64,000 nt of DNA from Octopus bimaculoides. Lineage: Eukaryota. Position 1 is the first letter of the stretch. Every line of letters starts with the position of its first letter. Both the position numbers and the translations under genes were made by a program. The notes under the pieces were generated by a model. It made no database searches. It was not told where the DNA came from and saw only the letters and a list, made by a program, of their open reading frames with translations. Below, in pieces: positions 12,515 through 24,662 of the stretch. The stretch lies in assembly GCF_001194135.2 (NCBI RefSeq), contig NC_068985.1, forward strand, positions 92,660,375-92,724,374, read 5' to 3'.

Positions 12515-14114
12515 TATGGCTTATTAACACTTTCCACGCTGCAACTGTCTTGGCACACAATCTCAGATCAGGTCACTTGCTATACAAGTACATCTCCATA
12601 ACTGGTTAAAATTATTATTCTGCAGAAAAGTTAGTAATAACCCTGACACCTGCCCAACAATGGGTTTGTGCGCATGCACTTACAACTTTAGAAACTGATG
12701 AATTGATAACTGTTTTAACATAAAACTTCATCTTCATAATGGAAAGAAATGGAAATGAAGTGTTATAAAACTATAATGTAGAGTTTAGTTTTAAATGTGT
12801 TAATTCTTTTACAATATTACTATATATTTATGTGTGTTAATAATCTCAAGGCTAATTTATTCAACACAGATAAATAGAAATCTATTGTAACAATTCATTT
12901 CTCAACTGAGCCTTTCATAAGCTATCCTCTTTCCATTTATAAAAGTTATAAATATTGGTTACTGGTCAATTACTTGCAAATTGTTTGAACTGTAGTTCTC
13001 TTATGTCAACAACTCTGCCAGGTTCATTGGTGCAAATACAGCTTTTACTAAAGCCAACAACACATTGTCTTCTCATTTACATTCCAACATCACTCAATAA
13101 TTCTAATAAACCTAACACTTCCATGAAATTCTTTACTCAGAGATCTATCATTGCTTTCAAATATCGCCTTTGATCTTGCCATTGTCTTTCTGTAAACTTT
13201 CCAAACACTTCCATTTATGATGTGCATCCATCGATCATTGAAACATACTGCTGTATCAAACTGACTTATTTCCTTTGCTTTGCATTAAGCTTCTCTAACA
13301 TTATAAAGATTTGCATCAACCAATATTTCTCACATCTTGAGTAGTTGTATATCAAAATGCTCTTTAAAGACTGGAATGAGCTATGGTGCCTCTTGAATTT
13401 CATTAACCATTATCTCCATATTTCAGACTTCTACAGTCAACAAGTTTCGAAATTGTCAGTAAAGGAATATTTGGTGAAAATAAATGTAAATGTAAAAATG
13501 CCGACATGTATTTCGTCTTCATCCTACATGTTTATCATTATTGTGCATTTTTTTTTTTTTTACAATTTTATTTTCTGAATCCAGAGTCTTTGACTAATTG
13601 AGATTCTTTCTATATAAAAAGAGTGCACCAACTGTTGAGGCTGATAATGTTTTGGAAGTTATGCAATTTTTATAAAGAAAGGTTTTCTCATTTTTAATAC
13701 ATGATCTTTGAAAGAAAAATAAAAGCCAAAACAAATTGGAAAGCAAGAATTCCAAAACTATATCATTATACATAACAAAAAAAAAAAAAAATCCTATGGA
13801 AACCAGTTTGATTTTGTACAAAGGAAGATGAGGCGAAAAGCATAAAATTATATTCCTTCTTTCTTTTTAGCAAGAATTTCCAACTTTCTTGCAACTTTGA
13901 GGTTACTTGACCCCATATTTTGCGCTTAAAATGAAAAGAGACATATTTTTGGTTATGGGTCAACTGGCTAAACAACTCCAATATGCTCCGAATTTTAAAT
14001 GATGCGATATAAGAGATCTGAGGCAGTGACTTGATTTGCTAGAAGTAGCAGCCAAATTCTCTTTAAATTTGTTTATACTTTAGTGGAGGAAGATTATAAA
14101 GGCACACTTGTTTA

Positions 14115-14270
14115 TCCTCATCATCAGTTAACATCTGTTTGCCATGCTGGCATGTGTGGATGGTGTGACAGGATCTCATGTGTCACAAAATTGTGTCAGG
14201 CCCTGATGTGTCACAAAATTGTGTGAGGCCCTGATGTCAGTTTTGGCATAGCTTCTGTGGTTGTTGCCTT
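14115..14270 (-). mobile_element. Family D repeat with internal 28-bp tandem duplication (14178-14233)
   Basis: CATCATCAGTTAACATCTG...CCATGCTGGCATG is the reverse complement of the family D tail. Confidence 0.75.
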
Positions 14271-14299
14271 TCTTTATGCCTACCTCTTTACCATATATG

Positions 14300-14412
14300 T
14301 ACTGGATGGCTGGAGTCTTGTGCAGCCTTTCATCTTGCCAGCTTTGGTCAAACCGTTCAACCCATGCCAGCATGGACAACGGATGTTAAATGTTGATGAT
14401 GATGATGATGAC
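14300..14412 (+). mobile_element. Family D repeat ending in (GAT)n
   Basis: GTCAAACCGTTCAACCCATGCCAGCATGGACAACGGATGTTAAA followed by a GAT tail. Confidence 0.85.
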
Positions 14413-14646
14413 TGACATTGAAGTTGCCAAGTAACTAGCAAGACAAAGAACAAAAACAAAAGGAAGGGTTTTTACCAGATGTCGAAAGCTAAAGTATGAT
14501 AGAGGGACAAGCACAAATGTCTTTCCATACATGACTTCCCCACATTATACAAGGATGGATGAGAGTAACTGGGAAGGGAGATAAAGTTGTAGTAATAGGG
14601 TGCCAGTGTGTACACTCAAGATACAAGAAGGAGGGTAGAAGGAAGA

Positions 14647-14898
14647 ATGGCAGAAACATTAGCACACCAGGTAAAATGCCTAGCGGTATTTCGTCTGCTG
14701 TTACGTTCTGAGTTCAAATTCCGCCAAGGTTGACTTTGCCTTTCATTCTTTCTGGATTGACTTTGCCTTTTGTCCTTTTGGGGTCGATTACATAAGTACC
14801 AGTTAATCACTGGAGTCGATGTAATCGACTTAATCCGTTTGTCTGTCCTTGCTGGTCCCCTCTATGTTTAGCCTCCTGGGGCCAATAAAGAAATAAAT
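14647..14898 (+). mobile_element. tRNA-derived SINE family C with Deu/Nin-like core and an internal duplication of about 27 bp
   Basis: TGGCAGAAACATTAGCAC A-box region, GAGTTCAAATTCC B-box, TTGACTTTGCCTTT twice, GGGGTCGAT...AAGTACCAG core, A-rich end. Confidence 0.9.
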
Positions 14899-15719
14899 TT
14901 AGGCAGTGGATGTGGGGTAAAGTAAAAAGGGTAAGTAATTTCATAAGAAGAGTGATATGGTTAGAGATGGGGGTTGAGGTGGATGTACTGAATGGTGATG
15001 AAGAGTGGAGGTGTGGTTGATAGTTGATGGTAGAAGTGGCTCAGGAAGGAGGAGGGTAGGATAAATAGCAGTGCAGTAGTTTGAGGTGAGGCAGTATTAT
15101 AAACCTGCAGACAATGTAAATTTTTCTTCATTTAAAATTGCTGCTCCTTGGAAATAAGCCCAAGAAAGCAAAGGAAACATGAGTTTGTGTCATAGAACCA
15201 GGGGTGATGTTGGACAGGTTGGTTTTAAAAGGGTTAAACCTTATCAATTTATATGTGATACGGTTGGGGTATCAGACTTGGTTTACTATTTTGAAGTTGA
15301 ATAAATCTTCATTCAATAAATTAATGATTTTTGAGATATATTTAGTTTTCTGCAATATATAGATTGATGGATTTCATCTGTATCTTTGTTTCTAAGGGAG
15401 GTGTCCTAACGTCTTAGTATAAGAGTAACTTGGTATAAAATGTTGTTTTTGAAAGATCGGTTTTAAATTTTTGTCAGAAATCATTATAAAGCATCATCTA
15501 TTTTCATTAAATTTTGTACCACATTAATGTCAAATTAGGAATAGAAAAAAGCATACTGGTGAGTATAATTATGTTTGATTTTATAATTTAATGATTTTTT
15601 TTTTTCACTGAAATAAGAAAATGTCTTGATTCAATATTAATATAGAAAAGAAAAGATGAATTTTTCTATGTTGTGGCCAGTGTTGAATTTCATGTGGGGA
15701 CTAAACTTACATGTGATGA

Positions 15720-15830
15720 ATGGTGTTGATTTGATCCCTAGCTCATAACTGGTACTTATTCTATTACCCCAAACAGATGGAAAGAAAGATTGGTCTCCTT
15801 ATCATTTGGACTGAGCATATTAAGAAAGCT
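15720..15830 (-). mobile_element. Degenerate family C SINE fragment
   Basis: GATTTGATCCC...AACTGGTACTTATT...GATGGAAAG...ATTTGGACT, same orientation as 2475-2660. Confidence 0.5.
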
Positions 15831-16324
15831 ACTTAAATACTGTATAAAATTTGGTTTGGTATTCTGCTGTTTTTGGTATCCATTTCCCTTTACGTCATTA
15901 ACATAAATTTGGAATGGTAATTAATCCTAAATCTAATTTTTACTTTTAAATAAACTTCAAATCTTCTTCCTAACTCCAGGGAAGGCTTTGTAATATTTGT
16001 ATATTTTACTCCAGGTTATCTCCAGTCATACAAATTTTCTGTGCATGGTTACTAAGTTGAACAGTTGAGTCCAGAGAGCTATTGTTCCATGTATTCCATG
16101 CCTTCATCTTGAAGATGACATTCTGTGATATGTAATGTTATTTTTTTATCTCTTTCTGTATTTGTTGTGTAGTTGAAGGTCAGCTGTGTTTCACTAATGC
16201 TATAACGTGCAGGTTATTGACCAATTAACTTGACACAACCTCTGCATCAGTTTTTCCATTTATATCATGCTGCTGCATTCCTAGCTGGAGATCTTACTGG
16301 ATACTCTGAAATTATAGGCTTCAG

Positions 16325-16446
16325 TGGAGAGACTGGACATGTGGCATTCCCTCTACTATAGCCTGGTATGGCTCTTGGCTTTGCCAGCTCCTGTCAGATC
16401 ATTCATCACATGCCAACATGAGAGACGGATGTTAAATGACTATGAT
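16325..16446 (+). mobile_element. Degenerate family D repeat
   Basis: CATGCCAACATGGAGAGACGGATGTTAAATGACTATGAT tail. Confidence 0.6.
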
Positions 16447-16461
16447 ATCTGTATACATGAA

Positions 16462-16510
16462 GATGGAATTTACAATGTCTACAGTAGAGGTGGTCATTGT
16501 AAATTCCATC
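16462..16510. ncRNA. Pre-miRNA-like hairpin (candidate only)
   Basis: 16-bp perfect inverted repeat extending to 21 positions (1 mismatch, 1 G-U), 7-nt loop. Confidence 0.3.
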
Positions 16511-16519
16511 AGAATATAG

Positions 16520-17370
16520 CAATTGTTGTTTCTTTCTTTGTTAGGGGTATGCATCACAATACACTATTTGGGGTTACTGAAATAATTGCTGTTGCAGCTA
16601 TATCTGCATACATGCCTATTACATTTGAGCTGAGTGGGGGAGAGAGAGTATTTTCAGCATGTAGCAGTAGTAGTTGTAATAGGTGTTCTCTATATGTCTG
16701 TGTTTGGAGGTGATTGTGTATGTCATGGCAGAAGCTGTTGGGGGTCGATGCTTGCTGCACTAACAAATTGTGACCCTTACATTCATGCTCAGGTAGTCTT
16801 CCATTTTTATGAGTGATCTGTGGGTGTGGTCTATAATCACCCTGTAATGGTGTAAAATTTACTGTTTTATTATGTCTTATTTTATTGCCAAGAGATTATA
16901 AACCAAATGTAGTACCTACGAGTGCTCTTGAATATATTTGTCTCATTTTGATTTCTTCAGTGCTATCAGGTTGTGCTTTGAATGTTGTGGGGGTTTCTGT
17001 ATCTAACTCCTTGTGTCTTTGTCAGCTGTATATATATGGAATGTTTGTGTTGATGAGTATGATGTTTGATTGTATTTGATCTTCTCTCATACTGTTTGGG
17101 AAAAGGGAAATGGTAGAGTTGGTAGGGACTGCTGTGTTGTTTTGGAGCCAGTTTCTCATTGATTGATCTAAATTTAGAGAAGTTGTACAGTTGCGTCTGG
17201 AGATTAATAGTCGGACTATGTGAGCATGATGTCATCTGTGAGTTTGTATATTTTGATAGGTATAGGTTCAAAAGAGTGGACGGTTGGATCAGATCCTTGT
17301 GGTATTCAACATTTGGGAAACTGCAAGTTTTGATCTTTTTGTGGGACCACCCCAAACATGAACTTAGAAC
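16520..17370 (-). mobile_element. Decayed, unassigned retroelement-like segment
   Basis: Strand-skewed, coding-like composition with broken frames (ORF 16966..17355); weak resemblance to 32560-32870; family not assignable by eye. Confidence 0.3.
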
Positions 17371-18424
17371 ATGACAGTTGTTATTTCTCTGTGTTTATTA
17401 TTGGTGCAGTATATAAGGCTAATGAAATTTACTGTCTGTAATCTTCCATTGGTTGTTTATATATAATAAACTGTAAACTTTAGTGGCCAATAATATCTGT
17501 ATTTCATAATCTATTGTCTGTATTGCTGTGTAGATCATCTAAAGAAAGTCTGTGGCATTTTTCCATAAGTCAGTTATATGTAAGAGTTTTGAAATTCAGA
17601 TCTACCTACCAATGAATCATTCATCACTTATTATACTAAACTTGCTGTTTATGAAAGCAGAACTGTACCATGATATAGTATCTATTTAAAACTAGGTTAA
17701 CTGGGCCATTCAACAGTTGTCATGGCCAGGAACACAGTGCAGCATGAATAATGGGATATAAACTATGGGCCATTTTGGCTTGATTAGCAGTGGCCCTTTT
17801 CTTTTTTTTTTTTTTTAGAAAATAGTATAATCTTTTCAGCTTTTTCTTGTTTTTATATTTTTTTTAAACAGAAATTTAGAATTTTACTTCCTTCTACCAG
17901 TAAATGTCAGTTTGTCATTCAATATGTTTTGATAAATAATAATACTTTAATGCTAGAAGAGAAGTAAAAATCCTTTTAGCTAACCTGTTTTGACATATAC
18001 AGAATTATCTATCTTAACAAGTATTGCTGTGAAACTATCGAGCAGAAAAAAAAAAAAAAATGATTGTAAGCAAAAACCTTTCATGATGATAGAAGCATCA
18101 TGATAAGCTAGTGGATACCAACATTCATCACTATTTGGCATGTGTAATTTTATGTTCTTTAGAGGATTCATTGTACGATAAAATATTTCATCTAAATTTG
18201 TTTTGTTTTCCATAATTTATGTTTCAACACAACTTCATGTCAGCTCAACAATTTATAAATATTTCTGTTTCTTTCTTTCTTTTTCTTTTTTCTAATGCAA
18301 AAGAACGCTCTTATTGAATATTTTTGTTTACTATGGCTTACATATTGTGATATGTCAATTTTATCTTATACGGTTGCCACTTATTAGGAAGTCATTTAAA
18401 AAAGAAAACCAATAAAATTAGATT

Positions 18425-18520
18425 ATGTATGACGGTAGATGTGTGGTTAAAGTGGTTGGCCATTGTCTTAAATGTCCTATGTTCAAATCATGTCACTGGT
18501 ATGTATCAGTTTCCCTCTGC
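18425..18520 (+). mobile_element. Possible ancient tRNA-headed SINE remnant
   Basis: TGGTTAAAGTGG (A-box-like), GTTCAAATC (B-box-like), TCAGTTTCCC (CORE-like). Confidence 0.3.
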
Positions 18521-18705
18521 ATCATGTCTGGCCTATATCACTGATTGTAATTGCTTTTATTTAACAGATATCACTAGTGATACAAAATATTAGATTTGCT
18601 AAACAGTTTATATTTGCATGAAGGAAATATTTGTAAATGTGTAGGAAAGCAAATGTTGAAATATGTAATACACAATAAATTGAAACAGATTATTTCATTC
18701 TGTAG

Positions 18706-18738
18706 AAAATACGGAATGTGGATAAGTTTCTACTTGCT
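18706..18738 (+). CDS. Candidate 33-nt microexon (KIRNVDKFLLA), product unknown
   Basis: tatttcattctgtag acceptor, GCT|gttagt donor, phase 0-0 open frame. Confidence 0.18.
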
Positions 18739-18908
18739 GTTAGTAGTTGACTGTGACAAGTTCGAGTGGAAGAAGAATGTAGTAGATAGAAAAGACTTTA
18801 ATTTCAGTATTGAGAGATGTTAGTTTTGGCAAGTCCTGTTAATTGAAAGACAATGCAATCTTCTTGAATAATAGTAAAAGCAGTACTTTTCTAGAAGTAT
18901 GCCGATTG

Positions 18909-18910
<2 letters not shown>

Positions 18911-18943
<33 letters not shown>

Positions 18944-18958
18944 CTGTGGCTGTGGCTG
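18911..18958. repeat. (TG)n followed by (GTGGCT)n
   Basis: Direct reading. Confidence 0.95.
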
Positions 18959-19149
18959 CATGTCTGAGTGAAACAGTGTCATTGTTTACAATGTCTGAGA
19001 TGTGAGTGTATGTGTACCTATGCAAGTGAGTTGCTATGAAAGTGTGTATGTGTGTTCATACAAGTGTGTTGTGAATATTCAGCTATTAATGTGCTTTCAG
19101 TTGGAGGCTAGCTGAAGGGTAGTGAATTTATTTTCCTTGTAACAAAGCA

Positions 19150-19370
19150 TGTCGATGGTTTGTTCCTTGGATGACAGTCTGTGTGGAATGGTCTGTTATA
19201 TTGATTACATTGTGTGTGACTAGTCTGTTCTATTGATAAGTTTCTGTAGATTGGTCTGTTCTGTTGATGACAGTGTGTGTAACTGGGCTTGTTATATTGA
19301 TTACTTTGTGTGTAGAATGGTCTGTTCTGCTGATGACAGTTTATATAGATAGATCTGTTCTGCTGGGTTC
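19150..19370. repeat. Minisatellite, about 32-33-bp unit, about 7 copies
   Basis: GTTCTG/GTTATA anchors at 19162, 19195, 19227, 19258, 19291, 19324, 19357. Confidence 0.85.
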
Positions 19371-20690
19371 TCTTGATAACTGTGTGTAGAGAGAAGTTTC
19401 TCAAACAGCATCGTATGTGAAAATACATTGTAGGAACAGTAACATGTGCAGAAAACGGACCCAGTTTTGTGTGCAGCAATGTATGAATAATCGGTGCTTG
19501 TTGAGCTGACTTGGTATCTGTGTTAAGAATGTAGTGCACTGATCTGTTGTTAGCTAAGAATTAATTAATTCATGTATCAATTAAAGCTACATGTGTGAGT
19601 TTGCATCATTAGCAAGCTATACGAAGTATGTTGCTGAGGAATACTGTTAAATATTGAAAAGGTTTGCTAATCATGAATAAGTTTGGTGATGGATGCTGAG
19701 CATAATCATGTCTTGACGAATAACTTGTTTAAGGGATCCTCTCAATTTCCAATTTCCAACTGAAACAGAAATCATTTGTTGAAAACTTGAGCCACAGTCT
19801 GATGTTCTGTTGAGCCTTTCTCAAATTTAAAATAACATTTTATTTTGTCCTACATTTCACTCACTTCCAAGAACCCACAAAAATAGAAACTCTTTAGTTC
19901 TTCAGTTCTGACCATGTCTATCTATAAAACATTCCTTCTATCCAATTATTTCTCATTGAACATAAACTACAATTAGAATTAGACAATGGCCATACTAATC
20001 TCAATCAATAACCTCAAAAATAAACATCTGGAGATATTGGATCTGATGGTTGTCATTGTATGAGGAAGAATTTGTGTATTGAAATGTATTGTTTTCAAAT
20101 GCTTTTATGGTATCCACAATATTTACTGTACATAGAAAGAGAATTAGTTTTGAAGCATCAACATTGTCGGTCATATTTATTTCAAAACGTCCAAATATTG
20201 TTGCTTATGGCATAAATATCCAAACATTCAACATAGTGGAATGGTAAAATATAAGCACTAAAAGTATCAACATATAATTAAACTATGGTGGAGAATGCAA
20301 GCCCCTTGATTTGGTTAAAGAGAGACAATGAGCAATGGCTAGAAGAATACTGACTGAAACCTGGTAACCAGTTGAACTAGCAGAATGGGGTCCCTCATCT
20401 CAGTAAGTTGTGGGGGTAGGGGAAGTACACAATAATGCCGTTTTGAGGAAGGTCCTGAAATTTTGCACATTTTCTCCTGATGAAATCATAAACTTGCTAG
20501 CATCCGGTATGCAGGGTTATCAATTGGTAGCACTTGTGTCTGAAAGTTGTTAGCAAAAATTTATTTTCCTGCTCTGGCAATGACTGATAGTTTATTTTAA
20601 ATTCTACAAGAAAACTACCTACTTAACATAACTTTTGATAAGCAGTTATAGATTTTTTTTTAATCAATGATAGTTTGTTTTCTTAAGCAG

Positions 20691-20745
20691 ATTGACAAAA
20701 CAGAAAAGAGAAACCTTATACAAATTATTTTGTTTTTTCATCATG
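20691..20745 (+). other. Candidate 55-nt exon ending in ATG|gtaagt
   Basis: tttgttttcttaagcag acceptor; consensus ATG|GTAAGT donor; two open frames. Confidence 0.3.
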
Positions 20746-21410
20746 GTAAGTTCAAACCATCCAATTAGACAAAATAGTTTACTAATATAATTATGATTTA
20801 TTAAAATCAACTATATTCTTGTTGTGCAAAAACTGGCATTTTGCTTCGTCAATACATATCAATAATGAAGAATTGTCTTGATGAAATTATGCAGCTATAT
20901 GTGTAAGCCTTTTAGAAGAGACTTTTTTTAAATGTCAACTTGACATTTTTGGTGAGCTGGAATCACATTTTTCATGTACGTTTTAAAGTACACTGGGAAC
21001 TATTTATGTTAAGTACTTGCCAAATAGTTGTCTTATTATGATTGATTGTATTCCTTTAAACATACAATGAATACTTTTTTTTTTTATATTGAAATTTATC
21101 ATATAAGAAGTAGATATGTTCTGCATTTGAGACTAAACTATTGGCTGCCGGGCAAGTATTACAGTGAATATATGATAAAGTACACCCAGATAAACAAATG
21201 AGCATTTGACTGTATGCATGTTCTAAATGTCAACATGCATATCTTGATAGTTTGTTATTTTATTGGTGCATTCTAGATTCCATACAGTATCAGTTCACTT
21301 AAATTAGGGGAAATGAAATGGAATTTCAATATTTTCAGAAACTTCTTTGTTTTCAAAATTATAAAGAAATCATATTTAAATATAAAGATGGATCCAATAT
21401 TTCCTTTATT

Positions 21411-21562
21411 CTTTTATTCTTTTACTTGTTTCAGTCATTTGACTGTGGCCATGCTGTAGCACCGCCTTTAGTCGAGGCTATAGTGGAAGACACTTGCCCA
21501 AGGTGCCATGCAGTGGGACTGAACCCGGAATCATGTGGTTGGTAAGCAAGCTACTTACCACA
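21411..21562 (-). mobile_element. Composite SINE with internal deletion joined at CGAG microhomology
   Basis: Tail segment ...TTTAGTCGAG fused directly to head segment GCTATAGTGGAAGACAC; compare 7244-7622. Confidence 0.85.
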
Positions 21563-21749
21563 TAAAATTCCAAGCTACATGTGTCACAATTTGTGTAAAT
21601 TCTTTATAAGTATACTTATAACTTTTAAAATTATCAAATAATTTTTTCTTTTGCACCTCGCATATATGTAGTTAAGAAGTGCACAAATGTTCGAGAAAAA
21701 ATCTATAGTTAGTGTGTAGAATAAGATAGAGTAGGCATAACTAAAAGAA

Positions 21750-22180
21750 GGATGGTAGGGCAGAAGTGGTACACAAGTGGCTTAGAGACGTAAGGGCTGT
21801 TGTAGGGACAATAGATGAGGCAGAGAGAAGAAATTGTATGTCTTAGTGCTAATGTGGTTACAGTGTTTTGGTGAGTAAACTTTTACCAGTCTGCCAAATG
21901 AGCTTGTCTTGAATGCACTCAAGACTGTTTTTGCAGCAACATCTTCATCCGAGTTTCGCTGGATAGTTTTATTGATGATCAGCAATTAAGTGGCCTTGAA
22001 GATGAGGCCTATTTTTTTGTGGGGGATGCAGATTTGGCAGTGTTCTGAGATCGTCATGAGAGATCAAATGGTGTTGTGAGGAATAGTAATTGTAATGATT
22101 TTAAAGGTTTTAGTTGTGTGTTGTTTATAGGTAGGGAGGAAGTGGTGCTCCAAAATTGATGTTGTGGCTTTGTTAGTGTG
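21750..22180 (-). mobile_element. Decayed unassigned TE-like segment
   Basis: G/T-skewed, coding-like sequence with broken frames; similar character to 14900-15110 and 43680-43860. Confidence 0.3.
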
Positions 22181-22744
22181 AAATGTGTGTATATGTGTGT
22201 AAAACAGTCTTTGAAGTTTAATTTTTTTCAAAAGGAAAGACTATAAGTCTCTCAGACATAATATTTTGTTACTGTTGATAAATGTGGAACTTCAAAGAAA
22301 TAGATGAATGAGAAAAACATTTTTTACAAGTAGTTGATTATGTTAAAATCTCTCCTTCAATTTGAAACACTTTCAAACTAATACTTTCATATAAGCTAAC
22401 TTTTTTGAAGTGTCATTATTTTTTTTTTGTTTGTTTTTATATCACTCATTCATATAGAGAATACACTTTTTTTCAAACTTATATCATGAAAATATCTTCA
22501 GTTTCCAGTCTGTAAATTTTCAAAATTTATTCTGAAATTTAAAAGCAGCTTACATTTTATTGCAAATTAACTTTGATGAAAAATGTTTCCTACCTGATGA
22601 GAAATCCTATTTTCTTTAGAGATAGGTTAGTTCAAAAGAAATTTAAGGTTTTATATGTATCAAAACAATTTCTGTATTCATCTAACCACTATTAAAATTT
22701 ATGATGCAAGCTAGTGAAAGAGTTTTTACATTGCAAATTGATCT

Positions 22745-22930
22745 GCTAGAAATAGCAGGCACATCTGTTTGAAATCATAACTTGATATCTTAGGAAATGA
22801 AGCATACATTAGATAATATAATTTTAAATGTACTGTTTGACAAGAATATAGGATGGCCACTATTGGAACATCTTTGATCATAAGCGTGGACTCCATCAAA
22901 GCTGATGTGGGGGCTATGCAATAACATAAT
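22745..22930 (+). mobile_element. Family F SINE-like repeat
   Basis: CTGCTAGAAATAGCAG...GGAACATCTTTGATCATAAG...GGGGCTA...(CAA/TAA) tail. Confidence 0.6.
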
Positions 22931-24232
22931 TATGTCATTATTCTATTAGTACTTTCTGCGAACAAAAGCAACAGTACTATTGGTAGCATTTTAATGTCCT
23001 TGTATGTATCATTTCCAAATCAAGTTCTTGCTGTTGCAATATAACAACTTCAAAAAATGATATTTTGGAAGCAAATATTTTAATAGACACTCCATATCTT
23101 ATCAAACAAATGGCAATAGTGTAATGTAGTAGTTTAGTGGGCTCAACAGTACAATATAAGTAACTAATTAATGGCCTCATGGAAAAGAAAAACTCATTAA
23201 AGTTATATTCAAATTAATGTTAGATCAGTTATTGCAAGTGTGATTTTAATATTATGTGTCACATTTCTAAACCGAAAATGGTTTCCTGAACAACAATCTA
23301 ATTAAATGATGTTACAAGAGCATTAAAAGTTGTGATTTCTATGGTATGTAGAATGCAGAAAATAATTTCCTTTATAGACCATTTATTTTTAGAAGACATA
23401 TTCCGGGGTCAACTTCAGAGATTGTATTGATTAATTGCTGCCTCCTCCATTAAATAGATTCATGTACATCAACATCATCTTTAGTTTAATGCTGTTGCAG
23501 AGTTTATAAACATTTAAAATTCTTATCCTTTAAATTTATAAGGAAATTGCTTTCTAGATAGTTTATTGGTTGATGGGGAACCAAGGCATTACGATTAATT
23601 GACCTTCATATCTGAAGAAATGAGAATTAATTGATAATGTTTTAGTTTTGTTCTTTGAGTTGTTGATTTCATCAGCTACCTCAGTTTCAATTAAAATAAC
23701 ATTAATCTTGATGAATATTGATAGACAACTTTTATAGATTTTTTGGAATATTGTCTTTTATCTAGTATTGATGAATTAGATTTTCTTTGTTGTGGACGAA
23801 AGAAAAAAAATCAGATCCACTAATTAAAATGGTATAATGGTATTTATATACTTGATATGTATGCATAAAAAAAACAAAGTTGTAATAAAAATTCCAGCCA
23901 CCCTTTTGTTGCTCTCTCTTCAGCTTAATTTTGTCTTTACAGTTCCTTTTGTATGTTTGTATTTACATTTGGTTGTGTTGCAAGATTATATCTATTCATA
24001 CATACATTCCGATACTTGCCCATACTTAACATCATTTGCTTACTTTCTTTGAATCCATTTATACCTTTACAGTTTGTTATAAACTTTAATGAATATTATA
24101 TCTTTAAGAAAACGATAAAAAATGTATGAAATTTATAAATACTTTTATGGGCCACTAATTGAAAATAATTTTTAAAATTTGTGTTTTCATGTGATATAGT
24201 GATTGGTTATTTCTCCAATTACATATTTTCAT

Positions 24233-24555
24233 AGTCAGTCCCACTGTGTAACATATTGGGCAAGTGTCTTCTGCTATAGTTCTGGGCTGACTAAGACCTT
24301 GTAAGTAGATTTGGCATATGGAAACTGAAAGAAGCTGTGTATTAGTATTGTCTTGTCATGTGATACATGTAAGCAGCTGTCACTGTCACATAAGCAGTGT
24401 TCTTCATTTCCTGTCTGTTGTGGAAACATTTCTGACCATAGGGAAATATTAACCTGTTTGGTAATAGGAAGGACATCTGGCTGTAGAAAATCTTTCTCAA
24501 CATATTCCATTTGACTGTACGAGCATGAGAAAGTGGCTGGTAAAATGATGATGAT
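24233..24555 (+). mobile_element. Chimeric SINE: family A tRNA head + different body + family D-like (GAT)n tail
   Basis: TCAGTCCCACTG...GGGCAAGTGTCTT...GGAAACTGAAAGAAG head; AGGAAGGACATCTGGCTGTAGAAA...AAATGATGATGAT tail. Confidence 0.8.
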
Positions 24556-24618
24556 CTATCTATATTCTAAGGCCAGAATATAATGTATTCTAGAGTTTTG
24601 TAAAGAGAAGTGCCTAAA

Positions 24619-24620
<2 letters not shown>

Positions 24621-24662
<42 letters not shown>
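24621..24662. repeat. (TG)n microsatellite
   Basis: Direct reading. Confidence 0.97.

Noticed and set aside
12900-13480. Possible decayed transposase on the minus strand
   Set aside because: No diagnostic motif recoverable by eye
19150-19370. CRISPR-like periodicity of about 32 bp (also at 41787)
   Set aside because: Contiguous degenerate tandem units without unique spacers; eukaryotic context; no cas genes
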